Under the pieces are notes generated by a model. That model ran no database searches. It was given only the letters and a program-made list of their open reading frames with translations, and was not told where the DNA came from. From the human T2T-CHM13v2.0 reference genome, Homo sapiens, in NCBI RefSeq assembly GCF_009914755.1, contig NC_060947.1: a stretch of 64,000 nt of DNA. The stretch is one strand, 5' to 3'. Numbering within the stretch: the first letter of the stretch is position 1; every line of letters begins with the position of its first letter. Positions 42,795 to 55,319 of the stretch are shown piece by piece. A program made the position numbers and the translations under genes.

Positions 42795-44430
42795 TCAGAC
42801 TTCTGTGTCAAACAAGATGGTATAGACACATTTTCCCCTGCTCTTCCTAGTTAAGTACTACTGTAAATCCAGGAAATAATGCAAAAAGCAACCAGAGGAG
42901 AAGTCAGAATGAAAGGTGGTAACAGGAAGGTGAACTGGTTTGGGACCCCAGAATTGAAAGGACAACACAGATGCAGAGCATTCATGTCCCCTCACCCAAC
43001 AGAAAAAGGTTACCAGGCCCGGTGTTTCTGTATCCCTAACTTGGCAACAGAAGGCAGCCAAGGTAAGCTTGTTCTACCCCTGGATCAAATAGAAGGCCCT
43101 CTGACAATGAAGGCAAGCCCAGCATCACCAGTAAGAAGGATTGTTAAGGAGTGCTGTAAACAATAAGTAGTCAAGGGAGGTGTTCTCTTTCCCTGCCCAG
43201 CCTGAGACTCCCCTCCCCTCCTAAGAGATACCTAGGCACCAGCGCAAGTAGCCCAGCCTGCCAAGAAGCCTTTTTGTCCCTGTGGACCTAAGACTCGCTT
43301 CCCACATTGAGATATACTTGGCTGCCTGACCTGAGGAAATCTCCTCTGTTGTCTCAGGCAACATACAAATGAAAAAAATAGAAAATCTCAGCAAAGAAAT
43401 AGAACAGACATTTTATGGAAGAGGATACACAGATGGTGAATAAGCATATGAAAAGATGTTCATACCATTAGCCATCAGGGAAGTGCCAATTAAAACCACA
43501 ATGAGATATCACCAAGTACCTATCAGAATGGCTAAAATAAAAAATAGTGACAACACCAAATGCTGGTGAAGATGCAGCATTTGGTGCATCATACATTGCT
43601 CCGGATCACTCATACATTGCTGGTGGGAATGGAAAATGATACAGCTACTCTGGAGAGCAGTTTGGCAGTTTCTTAAAAAACTAAATATGCAACTACCATA
43701 TGAGCCAGCAATTGCACTCTTGGTCATTTATCCCAGAGAAATAAAAATGTACATTCACAAAAAAACTTCTTCATAAATATTTATAGTAGCTTTATTTGTA
43801 ATAGCCCCAAACTGAAAACAACCCAGATGTCCTTTGACTGGCGAATTGTTAAACAAACTATGGTACATCCATACCATGGAATACTACTCAGCAATAAAAG
43901 TGAATTAACTCTTGATATATGCAACAACCTGGATGAATCTCTGTAGAATTATGTTGAGCAAAAGAGGCAGTCCCCAAAGATTACATGCTGTGTGATTCCA
44001 TGCATATAATAATTTTGAAATGACACATTTTTAGAAATGGAGAATAGATTAGTGGTTTTCAGGGGTTAGGAACTGGGGTGGATGGAGAGAATGGGTGGAG
44101 GAGGGGCTAGAAGAAGGTAGTTGTGGTTATAAAAGGGCAACAGGATGCATTCTGTCGTGATGAAACTGTTTCCTATATTGATTGTGGTGGTGGATACACG
44201 AACCTACACATGGCATAGAATTGTACTAAAACTAAACACCCCCCTCCAACACACACAAACGAGTACAAATAAAATTGAGGAAATCTGAATAAGATAGGTG
44301 GATTGTTATAGTCTTGCAAGTTGTTACTACTGGGGGAAACTGGGTAAAGGGTACACAGGATCTCTGTACTATTTCTTAAAACTGCATGTGAATCTACAAT
44401 CATCTCATGAAAAAGTTCAATGAAAAAGGA
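42795..44430 (+). mobile_element. L1MC/L1MD-type element: 5' region joined to ORF2 end and 3'UTR
   Basis: gacttctg...caagatgg 5'-like start; ORF1-like aaatctcagcaaagaaatagaa; ORF2 end from about 43405; 3'UTR ending gtgaatctacaatcatctc. Confidence 0.75.
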
Positions 44431-45142
44431 GGCCATTTCAAAAAGAAGGAAGTAGATGGTATACACAGATCACTGTCCTAGGAAGGACAGGCATTGGAGG
44501 AGTCTGGGCAGCTCTTGGCTCCTAGAGAGAGCAGTGACCCTGGAAGAATGTGTGATTCAGGCGACCACACTTTCCTGCTCCTGAAGAGAGTGCTTAAGTA
44601 CTGAATGCTCTTTATTTAAATTTGAAAAATGTGGTAGCCTGCTTTTGTTTGGGCCTGCCACTAAATAAGACTGTAATTAGTGAAGTATTTTCAGTAGCAC
44701 TAGGGCTCTTACCCGCCGGATCTAGGATGTTTTAATTGCTCTTTTATAACAAGTGCCTAGACAGACACTTCTGCCTTCAGTCTACATGTGAAAAAAAAAA
44801 AAAAAAATCCACAACCCCGAACACCACTGCTTAGAAGTAAAACCCTTCTGAGAAAACATATTTTGAATATAACTTCACATCATTGATGGAATTTAATTAT
44901 ATATGAGTGTTTAAGTTTAGCACCTTGTAGCCAATTTTTACACTTGGGATTTTAGATTTCTTTAATATATTTACTCAGTATGCCAAATGTAACTTATTTT
45001 TTTCTAAACATTGAGTCTGCAGGGAAGTTTTCCCTCCAAGTGAAGGCTGGCTGCCGGAGACGGAGAGATGATTGAATTTGCAGGGTTGTCAAAAGTTGCC
45101 AAGAAGGAGGGATGAGGCAATGATGCAAGAGCTCTCTAGTGG

Positions 45143-45469
45143 ACACTGTACTGCTCGGCCTAGATACCTCTTCAGAGCCAACACACTCATAACCGAGCTG
45201 CTGTGAATATTGATTGCAGACGGCCAATGACTGACTGAGCCCCCTGCTTCAATTTAGGACAACTCTTAGGAGCCATGCCGGCTCTACAGAGGCCCCTGTT
45301 AGGATTGGCTGAGGTCTCAGTTTCAGTCTCAGCTGAAGTCTCACCTTGCGGGTCAGTTTCGCCTTCTTCACCCAGTTACAAATGTATCTCTTGAGGTTTC
45401 TCCCTAATAAGTCCTTTGTACAAAACTCTCTGTCTCAGAGTTGGCTTCCAGGGAATCCAATCTAAGATA
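45143..45469 (+). mobile_element. LTR16-like ERVL solo LTR
   Basis: ggacaactct...ggattggctgagg...ccctaataag...tctcagagttggcttccagggaatccaatctaagata. Confidence 0.65.
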
Positions 45470-45950
45470 ATACATTTAATTGGATTCCCTGAAAGCAGAG
45501 CCTGCAAGGAGAACTTCGGTGCAGAAGGTTTATCTCCCAAGAGATAATTCTAGGTATTGGGAGTGAAGGAGCAGGAGGAATGAAACAGAAAAGGAAAACA
45601 GCCAATATGAAGTGCATAATCAAACTGGTTGTTGTTGTGGGCAACGTGACCAATTCCTCTGGAGATGTCGGAGAAATCTGAGTGTGGCTCAGATATGTCT
45701 TAACAAAGAATGAGATGCTGGGGCATTTATCCGTATACTACTGCCCCCAATTGTTTAAGGATTATCTCTAGAGACACTAATGCCACCAGGCTTCTGCTTG
45801 TTCTGTGCACAAATGGAAAATTTCTCAGCATTTCTGAGAGTACCCTAAGGCAGAAAATAAGAGAGGCCCAGCAGGTATTGAGGTGGGATAGTTCCAAAAT
45901 CAGAGGTAGCTGAGGGTCTGTGGTGTGGAGCACCAAAAATGTCTGCTACT
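45470..45950 (-). mobile_element. ERVL LTR (LTR40/LTR16-related), opposite orientation
   Basis: ttggattccctgaaagcagagcctg...aggtttat...gctggggcatttatcc...gcaccaaaaatgtctgctac. Confidence 0.55.
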
Positions 45951-46374
45951 TAGGAGAAGGAATACCAGCCTTTTTATTTGACAGGAGTCAGAGGAGCTCA
46001 TATAATTCAGGTGAAATTTCCAGGGTGAACTAGATCCTTTTCACACCAAGCCCCTGTTTGTGGCACTGAACTGGCAGTGGAAAGCAAGGATACAGGAAAA
46101 GTCGAAAGGAGACCAATTAAAAGGTCTTTCACTTACTTACGTACAGAGCTGGCTGAGCAGTCATTGTATTGGTCCCTCTTCTCTCTGTGTAAAGCTAGAC
46201 ATATAAAAATTAGGTTCTGAGATGGAGTCCAACAGTATCTCAATTGTGTTAAGATGTGTTTATCTCCAGGAGTAGAAAGAAGACAAAATAATATTGGTTC
46301 TGCCAGAAAAATACAAAGGAAAGAACTGATGAGAAAACACCAGTGGCTGATCTATGTTCACTTTGAAATGTTTA

Positions 46375-46560
46375 GACTGGCAAATCTCGGAGCATGGGCT
46401 CGAGGTCAGCAGTATCAGTATCATCTGGGAACTTAGAAATGCAAATTTTCAGGCCCTTCCCCAGACCTGTAAATCAGAGACTCTGGAGCATGGACCTGGC
46501 ACTCTGTGCTTTAACCAAGCTTCCAGGGATTTATGATGAGAGCTAAAGTCTAAGAATTTT
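46375..46560. mobile_element. MER5A
   Basis: cagcagtatcagtatcatctgggaacttagaaatgcaaattttcaggccc...aatcagagactctgg. Confidence 0.75.
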
Positions 46561-46829
46561 AACGGTCTAATTCTAGAGTATTCACTTATACCTGAGATTT
46601 CAGCAATGAAACCATAAATCTAATTCACAAATTTTGCTCCAGTTAGGTCTGGTTTCGAAGCAATGTGGCATACATAGTGAAAATTATTCAGCAAGTATTC
46701 CCTTTGTTAGTCTCTGTGTTGAGTAGGTGTCATATGAAGAGAAATTTTACAGATTTGAAAAACATCTAGAAGATAGCTTTTACTGTTTTACATCTCTGTA
46801 GTCGGCCATTGCCTATTTCTCTCCTCCTT

Positions 46830-46936
46830 GCCCAACAAATGCTGACTCATCATCTATCGTGTGCTAAACATTCGTATAGATGCTAGAAATATAGCAATGA
46901 ATGAAAGAGATGTAAATTCTGGTCCTCATGGAGCTT

Positions 46937-46997
<61 letters not shown>

Positions 46998-47280
46998 TGG
47001 AGGTGGGAGGGATGACAAACTAGTCATTAAACACAAAGAAATTATATAGCATATTAGAGAGTTCTTAGTGCTCTGGAGGAAAGTAAGGCAGGAGAGGTGA
47101 ATAGGGAATTTTAAATAGGGTGGGTCAGGGGAGGCTTCACTGAGGAGAGGTTGGAAACCAGTTTTGAAGGAGATGAGGGAGAGAACAGTGAAGATAATTT
47201 GAAGAATGAGCGTTCCAGGTGGAGGAGTGGCAAGGTCAAACAGGTACCTCGAAGTGGGAGTGTGCTTCTAGCATTCAACA
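46830..47280 (-). mobile_element. L2 3' fragment containing (TG)n(AG)n
   Basis: caacaaatgctgact...cctcatggagctt...ggtcaggggaggcttcactgaggag...gagcgttccagg. Confidence 0.7.
46938..46997. repeat. (TG)~21(AG)~8 compound microsatellite
   Basis: Directly visible in the sequence. Confidence 0.95.
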
Positions 47281-49919
47281 TCAGTTCTGAACCTAGGTAT
47301 GGAGAAAATGCTGTGTGACCGCAGAGCTTTACTGCTAACTATTGGCAGGTGAGCAGCAAAACCCTGGCTAAGTTGAAAGTAGAAGCATTGGAATCTGTGT
47401 TGAAGTCCACTTTATGTATAATATGTGTTTAGATGGCTCTTGTTATCCCTTTAAACAAAGATGCAAATGCCTACGTGTAAATAAACTGCTGTACATTTTA
47501 TTTATAATATGTACTTAACAGTTTATCTAGACTTATATCTATACCTAGATGCAGATATTTTTATATTTGTCAAACTGATTTACAATACATAAATGTAAAT
47601 CGAACTTAGATGCAGTTTTAAGGAGACAAGGAACCCTGAGTGGAAGATGGGACTTATTTTTTCTGCTAACAAGCAAAACATTTAGAAATTGTCATGGAGC
47701 CTTCTGAAGTCATGTTCAATGATACAAGCACAAGCTCTGAGCCCAACAGGAGTAATTGCACATGGTGGGTGAGGCTGGCCTGCCCGGTTTGCCTCAACAT
47801 TTCCTTCCTTTTTTGGCTTTGTGTGGGACTTCAACTCACTTTTGCTTCTCTTCAGGTTCAAATAATTTCATAACACAAATAACCTTTTGGAAAAATTATA
47901 ATGTGGAGTCTTAATGGCAACCTGTTTCTTCTGGTTGTGTAAGAAAATTAGTAAGGATCTCAGAGGGTGGATAATTTCACCCTGGCTAGTAAATCAGGCA
48001 GTTCCTTACATCAATGCAAATGGCGGTTGTTGCTGGAGAGCTGGCTTGTAATAACTACAGGAGAGTTTCCAGTGATTATGAGAGAAGCCCGCTGATGTGC
48101 AGCTTCGGACTTTTTTGTGTCAGCACTGAATGTCTTGATTCAGGTTAAACACAAACCACCTCTGCTTGGAAGAAGCAGTCCTCAGCACAATCTTTCCTAA
48201 TCAGTTTGCCAGAGATAATGATTTATTCAGTGTATGAAGCATAGGGGTGATTTTCCAGTCAGCACTGGGAAATATCTGGAAGGCAGTCTCGAGTCTCCAT
48301 AGTGAATAGGGTTATTTTTCCCGTATGTTTCCAGGCACCACTTCAGTCTATGGTAGTCTGTGTGAACACGTTTGCAGGAAACCTGTGAAGTTGAATTACT
48401 GTGGGGTCTACAACTGCTGAATTCTGAGTGTTGGTTCCATACAATAAACGATGAACAATTCAGTGCTGAATGACGTGTCCTACCGTCGGCCACAGAGAAT
48501 TTTCCTTCTGAGGGATATTTAAGAAAACATGTATGTGGGGAGGTTTCAGAGCAGATTTGTCAGAAAATGATGGGAAGATTACACCAGCAATTCTTAGCCT
48601 TTTCAGGTATAAATGTTTTTAAAATCCAAATATTTTGGGAAGCTGCTGCTGCTGTTATTTCAGTATTCATTATATAATAGATATGATCATTTAAAAACAT
48701 TACTTAGTTTACTAAGTTAAGCTTAAAGAGTCTATTCCTTACCACAGCTTCTACAAATAATTAGAAAAAAATTAACAGTCCATATATGTGTGAGGGATAT
48801 TAGTTTATTTAACTGGCCAACAGAGGAGTTCATAGATTTCCCTACCCCAATTCCCTCCAAATGAAGCTCATAGCTCAGAGATTGGGAATTTAGGATGAAG
48901 TGGCTTTTCAGAATGAACTCTTGTAGCTCCAGGGTGCAATTAGTTAGTGCATGGTACTTATAAGGCAAGATGAACTCTTTTGTATCTACTAGCCTTCCAC
49001 TTCCACCCTCAGCAACATACACTTTGTTAAATGTGCTGGCATTCAGGGGTGGGGGGGATAAGGTAGGACTAGTGGACGTGCTCATTTGTGGCAAAGGGCA
49101 AAAAGCAGGACCCAGCAGGTGTCATTGTGCAAGGTTTTAAGTCTAGTGTCACCATATTATGTCTGCAGTGTCAGAGGGCCACCAGACTTTGCTTAGAATG
49201 ACTTCCTGCTGTTTTCTCGTCCCTGAAGGGATTTCTTTAAGTCTTAAGGTCATTGTGTTCCAGTGTCATCATTTATAATCTCTCTTGTAAGGATCTTCTC
49301 TTCCCCATGTCACTCATCCATGGAGGGTGCCTCCTTTTCAGAACAAAAGGCTCAGTGTGGATTTTATTCTGAAAGAACAACCTAATTGTAATAAAGGCTC
49401 CACTGACCCTGTAGCTTATGTTGGTAAGGCTGCATTTTATTTTATTTTAAAAAATCTAATCCTTTATCAACTTGAATTTCAAAACAAGAAATTCACTCTT
49501 CCCAAAATGACAGTCAGATGGCTTTGGAAGGGCTCCAGTTGCTTCCCTGACTCCTGCGATGGAGGTGTGTGTTTTATATATCCTATCATGCACAGGACTC
49601 ACACAGACCTTTTAAAGTTAATTAAAAAGTCTGCTATAGGCTGCCAGATCTGGGCAGGAGCATTCCTCTGTAACCTTTTGTACCAGATTAAAAACCTCTG
49701 ACAATCAGGGATGTTGCCAAATTTCAAATGAAGTGTTCAGAGTAAATTCAATAAGCTGTACAATTCAGTCAGCTTTAGAGTGACTCGCGTTTCTGGTTCA
49801 GCAAGAACTGGAGGATTGATGGGGACTGAATTCCTTCCTTTGAAGATTTCTTTACCATCCTGTTCTTTTCAATAGCATCCCCCCGCCCCCACTGAACACC
49901 CATAATGTTTCTAACCATA

Positions 49920-50120
49920 GGAGAGTGTTGCTCAAAGTCTCGTGGGCGTGCCTTTGACAAAAGTGTTCCTTGTTATGTGCAGGTTGGGAAACTCTGCATA
50001 CCATATTCCCTGCTTGGAGAGGCACAATGCACAGGAGCATATCCAACTCGAGCTTTTCTGCAGAAAACAGTTTCGTTTTGCTTAACACAGTGCTTCCTAG
50101 ATATATTTGACCATACTACC
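49920..50120. mobile_element. hAT-Charlie relic (MER113/Charlie4z-like)
   Basis: ttgggaaactctgcataccatattccctgcttggagaggcacaatgcaca...ttaacacagtgcttcc...tatttgacca. Confidence 0.5.
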
Positions 50121-52723
50121 TATTTTCCCCCAATAATCTCTAATAGCTTCCCAAAGAGCTTGCAATATCCCACAAAGGATTAGGTTGAAGGTTCTGTGAA
50201 AATGAACTCTCTGACGTATAAATATTGTACAAGTCATGGTTTCCTGTGATAAGCACAAAGAATACATTCCCAGCAGAGCATACGAGGAGACAGTGGACTG
50301 AGAGGGATGTTTGGTAAGCAGACTTCCGCGTTGCCCCAGTTCCTTTCAGGAGACCCGCTTGGCTGGTGATGATGTCATATTCTGTTGCTTCTGAGAGAGA
50401 TTCTGCCAGTTCACAAGATCAAGTGAACCCCGTGCTCTCAAATATATCATTCTAAAGTACCACCTTATATGTGTGGTTGCAAACACTGTCTTTAGCAAAC
50501 CATGTCACTGTGATCTGTCATCTGGCTATAATTTCTTTCTACCCCACTAGCTCATCTTGCTCTTTTGCCCACCGTGTATATAGTAATGAACAGGCATCAC
50601 CCCTGTGCAGTGGCCTTGCAACTACATAAGAAAGACCAGTTTGTGGGCACACATGCTTAGTTCCTCATGAGGTTTAAGTGGACCTTAGCACAGCAGGGAT
50701 GGTCAGGGTGTACCCCAGAACAAGTGTTCTGAGGAGAACATTTTGACCTGTCATTACCAGTTCCCCAGCTCTCTAACAGTCTGGATCAGTAGAGTTTGGA
50801 GAATGCTGAACATTTTGAATTTTTTTTTTTAGCAAGGGTAGAGCCAGGGTCCTGGCAGAAAAACAAGTGGTACGCTCAGAGAATTTTAACAGGCAGCTTG
50901 TAGAGGTAAGGGTGAGGTTAAGGGAATGATAAGGGATGAGAAAGCACCCAGAAAATAGCAACAGCAGGAAGCTGTTACCACCCTAGGACTTCTCATTTTA
51001 AGGCCGATTTATCCCTATTTGTGAAAATAAAATTAAATGACAGTGTTTCAAATGACACATTTGAAAGCCATACTGAAGTGGATACGATTCTGAGTTTCTT
51101 AAAAAGAATCATCACTCCAGGACAGATTTTGAAGTTAAACCTCTGTCTTGCTGTAGATCAAGGAAATAATACTTATAAACAATTAACTGTAGGCCTGCAT
51201 AGGCTAGCTCTGGACAGCAGGGAGAACCTTGTGGAAGTTTAACTGTGTGACACCTTTTACGCTTCCCCAACTCCATTTTCGTATTGGGCAATAGGAACAA
51301 CAAAAGCAAATTTGAAGAGGAAAAGGAGTTTCGTAAGAACTGCCTGAGGGATCTAGCTAAGACATGGGATCTTTACACACTGGAGTCCTATATTTTGTTG
51401 TAAGGTTAGGAGAAAGTAATGTGTTACTAACTCTTAAAGTGTAGAAGTTTTGTAAATTATTTACTTATAAACATAAAAAAGATCAAAGGTATTCATCGTA
51501 TTCTAATATCTTTCTTTAGTGGGAAAGAGGGTAAGAACAGCTAGCTCAGGCAAGGAGTGCTATGCCCATGTGATCAGAATTCCACATGGGTACAGCTGCA
51601 CAAAATTTTAAAATTTAGTAACAACAGTGAAGCATAGATTATTAGTTTCATGCAAATGTGTTTTTGATATAAATACGAATGCAGTCCAAAAGTAGTTTAA
51701 TCAAATTTATTCATACAAATTTGCAAATTTCTAGGTCAAGTGCTGGCCATTAATCAATTTTTGAGAAAGTTGATGTGAATCTTGACATTTTACAGATCGA
51801 ATGGGATCTATGCTTCTCCAGAAGAGCTTAATTCAAGTACTTTTAGATTCATTTGTCGCTTCTAGACTGTTGCTCCCTCATCATCTCTTTTGAGAGTATA
51901 CCGTCCTTTTCTTTGTCCCTTTGAATCACTTGTTAACTTCCAACGTACTCTCCTCCTCATGTATTAAAGATTTGGCTCCTATGTCAAAGTTTTCACAGTT
52001 TTTTCCCCATTATTCTGGATTAAATTAAATGTCCCCATGGGGGAACCACCCAACACTGTGTTTGCTGTTTTTTAACCTTTTCATCTTTGATGGCTTTCTT
52101 ATTCGCTTTTTCCTCAGCCACCCAATCCCACAGTCAAACACTGGATATCATCACTATTGAAAACCACACCATCTCCACATTAGGAACATTTCACTCTATT
52201 CACAACTTCCTACCTTTCCAGCTTATCGCCGAGATGCATTCTCTTTAACAGTTATTTAATTTCAACAAGTTCCTCAATCCATTGACCTTTCCACTTTTTC
52301 CTGTGTACCGTGCTCCCCCTGATCCCACTCCCCTCTTTATCCAGTATAGATTAGATAGTTCTTATCAATACAACCATTCCCTTGTAAATATTTTTAACCA
52401 CCCTTTTCCTTTTCCTTCAGTCACTATCACTTGGGTGAACTCAATCATTTGTCATCTTCATATGGGCCAGTTGCATAACTCAGTATTTCTGGAGGAACTT
52501 CCACAACAGAATAGATTATCCTGCTAAATTGATGATTATCAGGCCCAAGCAGGCCTTCAAAACTGCCCAGCAGGCCTACTTGCTCATTCTCTACTTCGTG
52601 GAGTCACTATCTCCTACATCTTTTATCTTCCTCAAACTTCTGATTATCTCCTCTACCATCACTCTGTTCTCATTCTTAGTGGATGACTTTACTTCACACT
52701 TCATATGGAAATTGAACACTGTT

Positions 52724-53002
52724 ATTTTATTTATTTTTGGAGACAGGGTTTTTACTTTGTCACCTAGGCTAGAGTGCAGCCTTGAACTCCTGGGCTCAAG
52801 CAATCTTCCCACCTCAGCCTCCCAAGTGGCTGGGAATACAGGTATGTATTTCTACACCTGGATAATTTTTAAAAAATGTTTTTGTAGAGACAGGATCTCA
52901 CTATATTTTCAAGGCTGAACTTGAACTCCTGGCCTCAAGCAATCCTCCTGCTTCAGCCTCCCAAAGTGCTGGGATTATAGGCAGGAGCCACTGTGTCTGG
53001 CC
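52724..53002 (-). mobile_element. AluJ element
   Basis: AluJ diagnostics (cagccttgaactcctgggctcaagcaatc, ggcctcaagcaatcctcc); TSD tgaacactgtt / tgaacactatt. Confidence 0.92.
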
Positions 53003-53312
53003 TGAACACTATTGAAAGGAACTCCCTCAACCTCTGGTCATTGATTTTCAGAATCTACTTGCATCTTAATTCATTGCTCATTTCTTTCTTTCTTTTACAA
53101 TGGAAAAAGTGTTCCTTTTTATATCCTAGGTCAAACCCTCCACTCTCCTCTAGATTCCATCATTCCTGCTTTTTGGTGGAACCTCATTTCATTATTATTA
53201 TTGTTATTTTTGTCTCTTTTGTGTCTTTAGCCTATTACTTTCTTTCCTGGGTTTTTCCTAAACATTAAGCTTGATTTAAGCACTGCTATTAAAGCACGCA
53301 CAGACACATAAA

Positions 53313-53339
53313 GACACACACACACACACACACACACAC
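53313..53339. repeat. (CA)n microsatellite
   Basis: About 13 CA units. Confidence 0.92.
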
Positions 53340-53489
53340 CACTTCTCCCAGGCATTATATCCCTGTCTAGCTCCTATCCCATATCTTCATTTATTTTTTA
53401 ACTAAGCTTCCTAAAATGGTGCCTTATACTCACTGTCTCTGTTTCCTTATCTCCTATTTATTTTGTAGATGTTACTAGAAGTCACCAAT

Positions 53490-53822
53490 GTCTGGTTCTC
53501 CTTTTCATCAACAGATGAAAATCTTCACTTTCTGCCTTCTTTGCAGTAGGGCACCATGTGGGTAGTCTGGCCAAGAATGAGTTCATGGGTCTCTATGCTT
53601 TCTTTCCCTGCCACAGCAACTGAGGTAGATGATAATGTAGATGGTCCAACTTTAGGATGATAGAATGTCTGTTGCTCTAGGCAATCCAGTGATTTTGGCA
53701 GAAAACCCCTGCTGATGTGCATTGTACATGTTACAGTAGCAAAAAATAAGGTTTTGTGTGTTAAACCACTGAAATTTTGCAGTTCATTTTTATAATAATA
53801 CCTACCTTATAGTGACTAATTC
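53490..53822 (+). mobile_element. MLT1J/K-like LTR
   Basis: ttctttgcagtagggcaccatgtg...tggccaa...tgtgttaaaccactgaaatttt...tgactaatt. Confidence 0.55.
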
Positions 53823-55319
53823 ACTCTTTAATTTACTCTGCTTTAGCATTTTTTCTGACTGCCATCAACCAAAATTGCTTTTGATAAGGTCACCGATGTC
53901 CTGTGTATTGCTAAGCACAATAAACATTTTCAATCCTATCTCTGTTGACCTCTTAGCAGTATTCAATACAGCCTTTCCTTCATCCTTCTTAAAATATTCC
54001 ACTCGCTTGGTTTCTAGAACACCAGATTCTCCTTGGCCACTCCTTCTTGGTTATTTTCATGGCTCCTCCTTTTCTTTCTTGTCTTTACATGCTAGTTCCT
54101 CAAAACTCAGCCTGAAAAGCTTCAGCCATATTGACCTTCTCTCAGCTCCTCGAAAGAACCATACTCCTGTCTCATGACCTTCACACTTACATATTTCTTA
54201 GCCAAGAACAAAGAGGGCAATGGAAGAGTGAAGGTAGACAAATGAAAAAGGAAGATTATTGCTGACATATTCCTGCTTGTATTTTAGATTTTAACCTGAC
54301 TGCCTGTTCTTCAGGGAATATGTGAATAACCTCTCCAGACTAGGTTGGATCCTCCCAACTATTCTCTCTTATAGTTCTCTGTACATTTCCTTTACAGCAT
54401 TTATCATGTATGAATATAATTATTTCTGTAATTATTAAGTATCCCTTTCCCTCATTAGTATGTAAGCTGCTTAAAACAAAGATTGTTTATATTTTGCCTA
54501 ACATTGTATCTTCAGTGCCCATCACAGAACTTGGCGTGTGGTAGGTGACCAATATGCACCTGTTGAATAAATGCATGATTGGTAATTTTCATCTTTGCTA
54601 TTATATTTTTATAAGATATGTATTTTTAAAGTCATGTGGAGATAAACATTGCCAGAATATGGCCATATGGTCAGAAGTTTCTGTTTAATCCTAGAAATTA
54701 TATACATCTACAGATTCCAGGGACAGTATGTCTTAGAGAAGCATAGTTCATGTTCACCCTAAATGGTTGCTCCTGAAACTGAGCCACACATATAGAACAG
54801 ATGCTTAATATGGATACATTGTGAGGCCTGCCTTTCAAAGAAAACTTCAGAAGTTTGAAGTATAATTTGATGCATGAAAGTATATGACTGTCTTCTGATA
54901 TTGTCATTTTATTTCTACCTAATAGGTCTATAATTTTTAAAGTCTCATGTATTACATTGAACTCAGTGGAATCTACACAGAATAAGTACAGTCTTAAGGT
55001 TAATTTGTTCAATCAGTTTGAATGTGAAAACTTGTACTTTTTGACTAAATAACCAAATTAGCCAACACCAAACCCTGCAGATTTTTTTTTAACAACAACA
55101 ACAACAGCAACAACAAAACAATCTGAGGAATTAATTGGTATCTGTCAAAAGCCTTTTCAGGAGGACCCTAGAATGAATAAATAAACAATTTTTGATAAGT
55201 TCCTCCTTCTCTTATGCAATGAACCTTATTGCAAAGTTAGTAGCATAAATTCTCCTTACAAATGTTGCAGTGGAAGCAGTACATAACTACCTTCTATTTT
55301 CACTCAAAAAGAAAAAGAC

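Larger units (their letters stand above)
51870..54580 (+). mobile_element. Long L2 relic with nested AluJ, (CA)n and MLT1 fragment
   Basis: Pyrimidine-rich L2 ORF2-like sequence (ttgacctcttagcagtattcaa); 3' end cagtgcccatcacagaacttggcgtgtggtaggtg...tgttgaataaatgcatga. Confidence 0.7.

Noticed and set aside
48227-49701. ORFs of 88-124 aa in the repeat-poor island
   Set aside because: No recognisable protein similarity or supporting exon structure
50367-50395. tgatga...ctga as a box C/D snoRNA
   Set aside because: The boxes are too close together and there is no terminal stem
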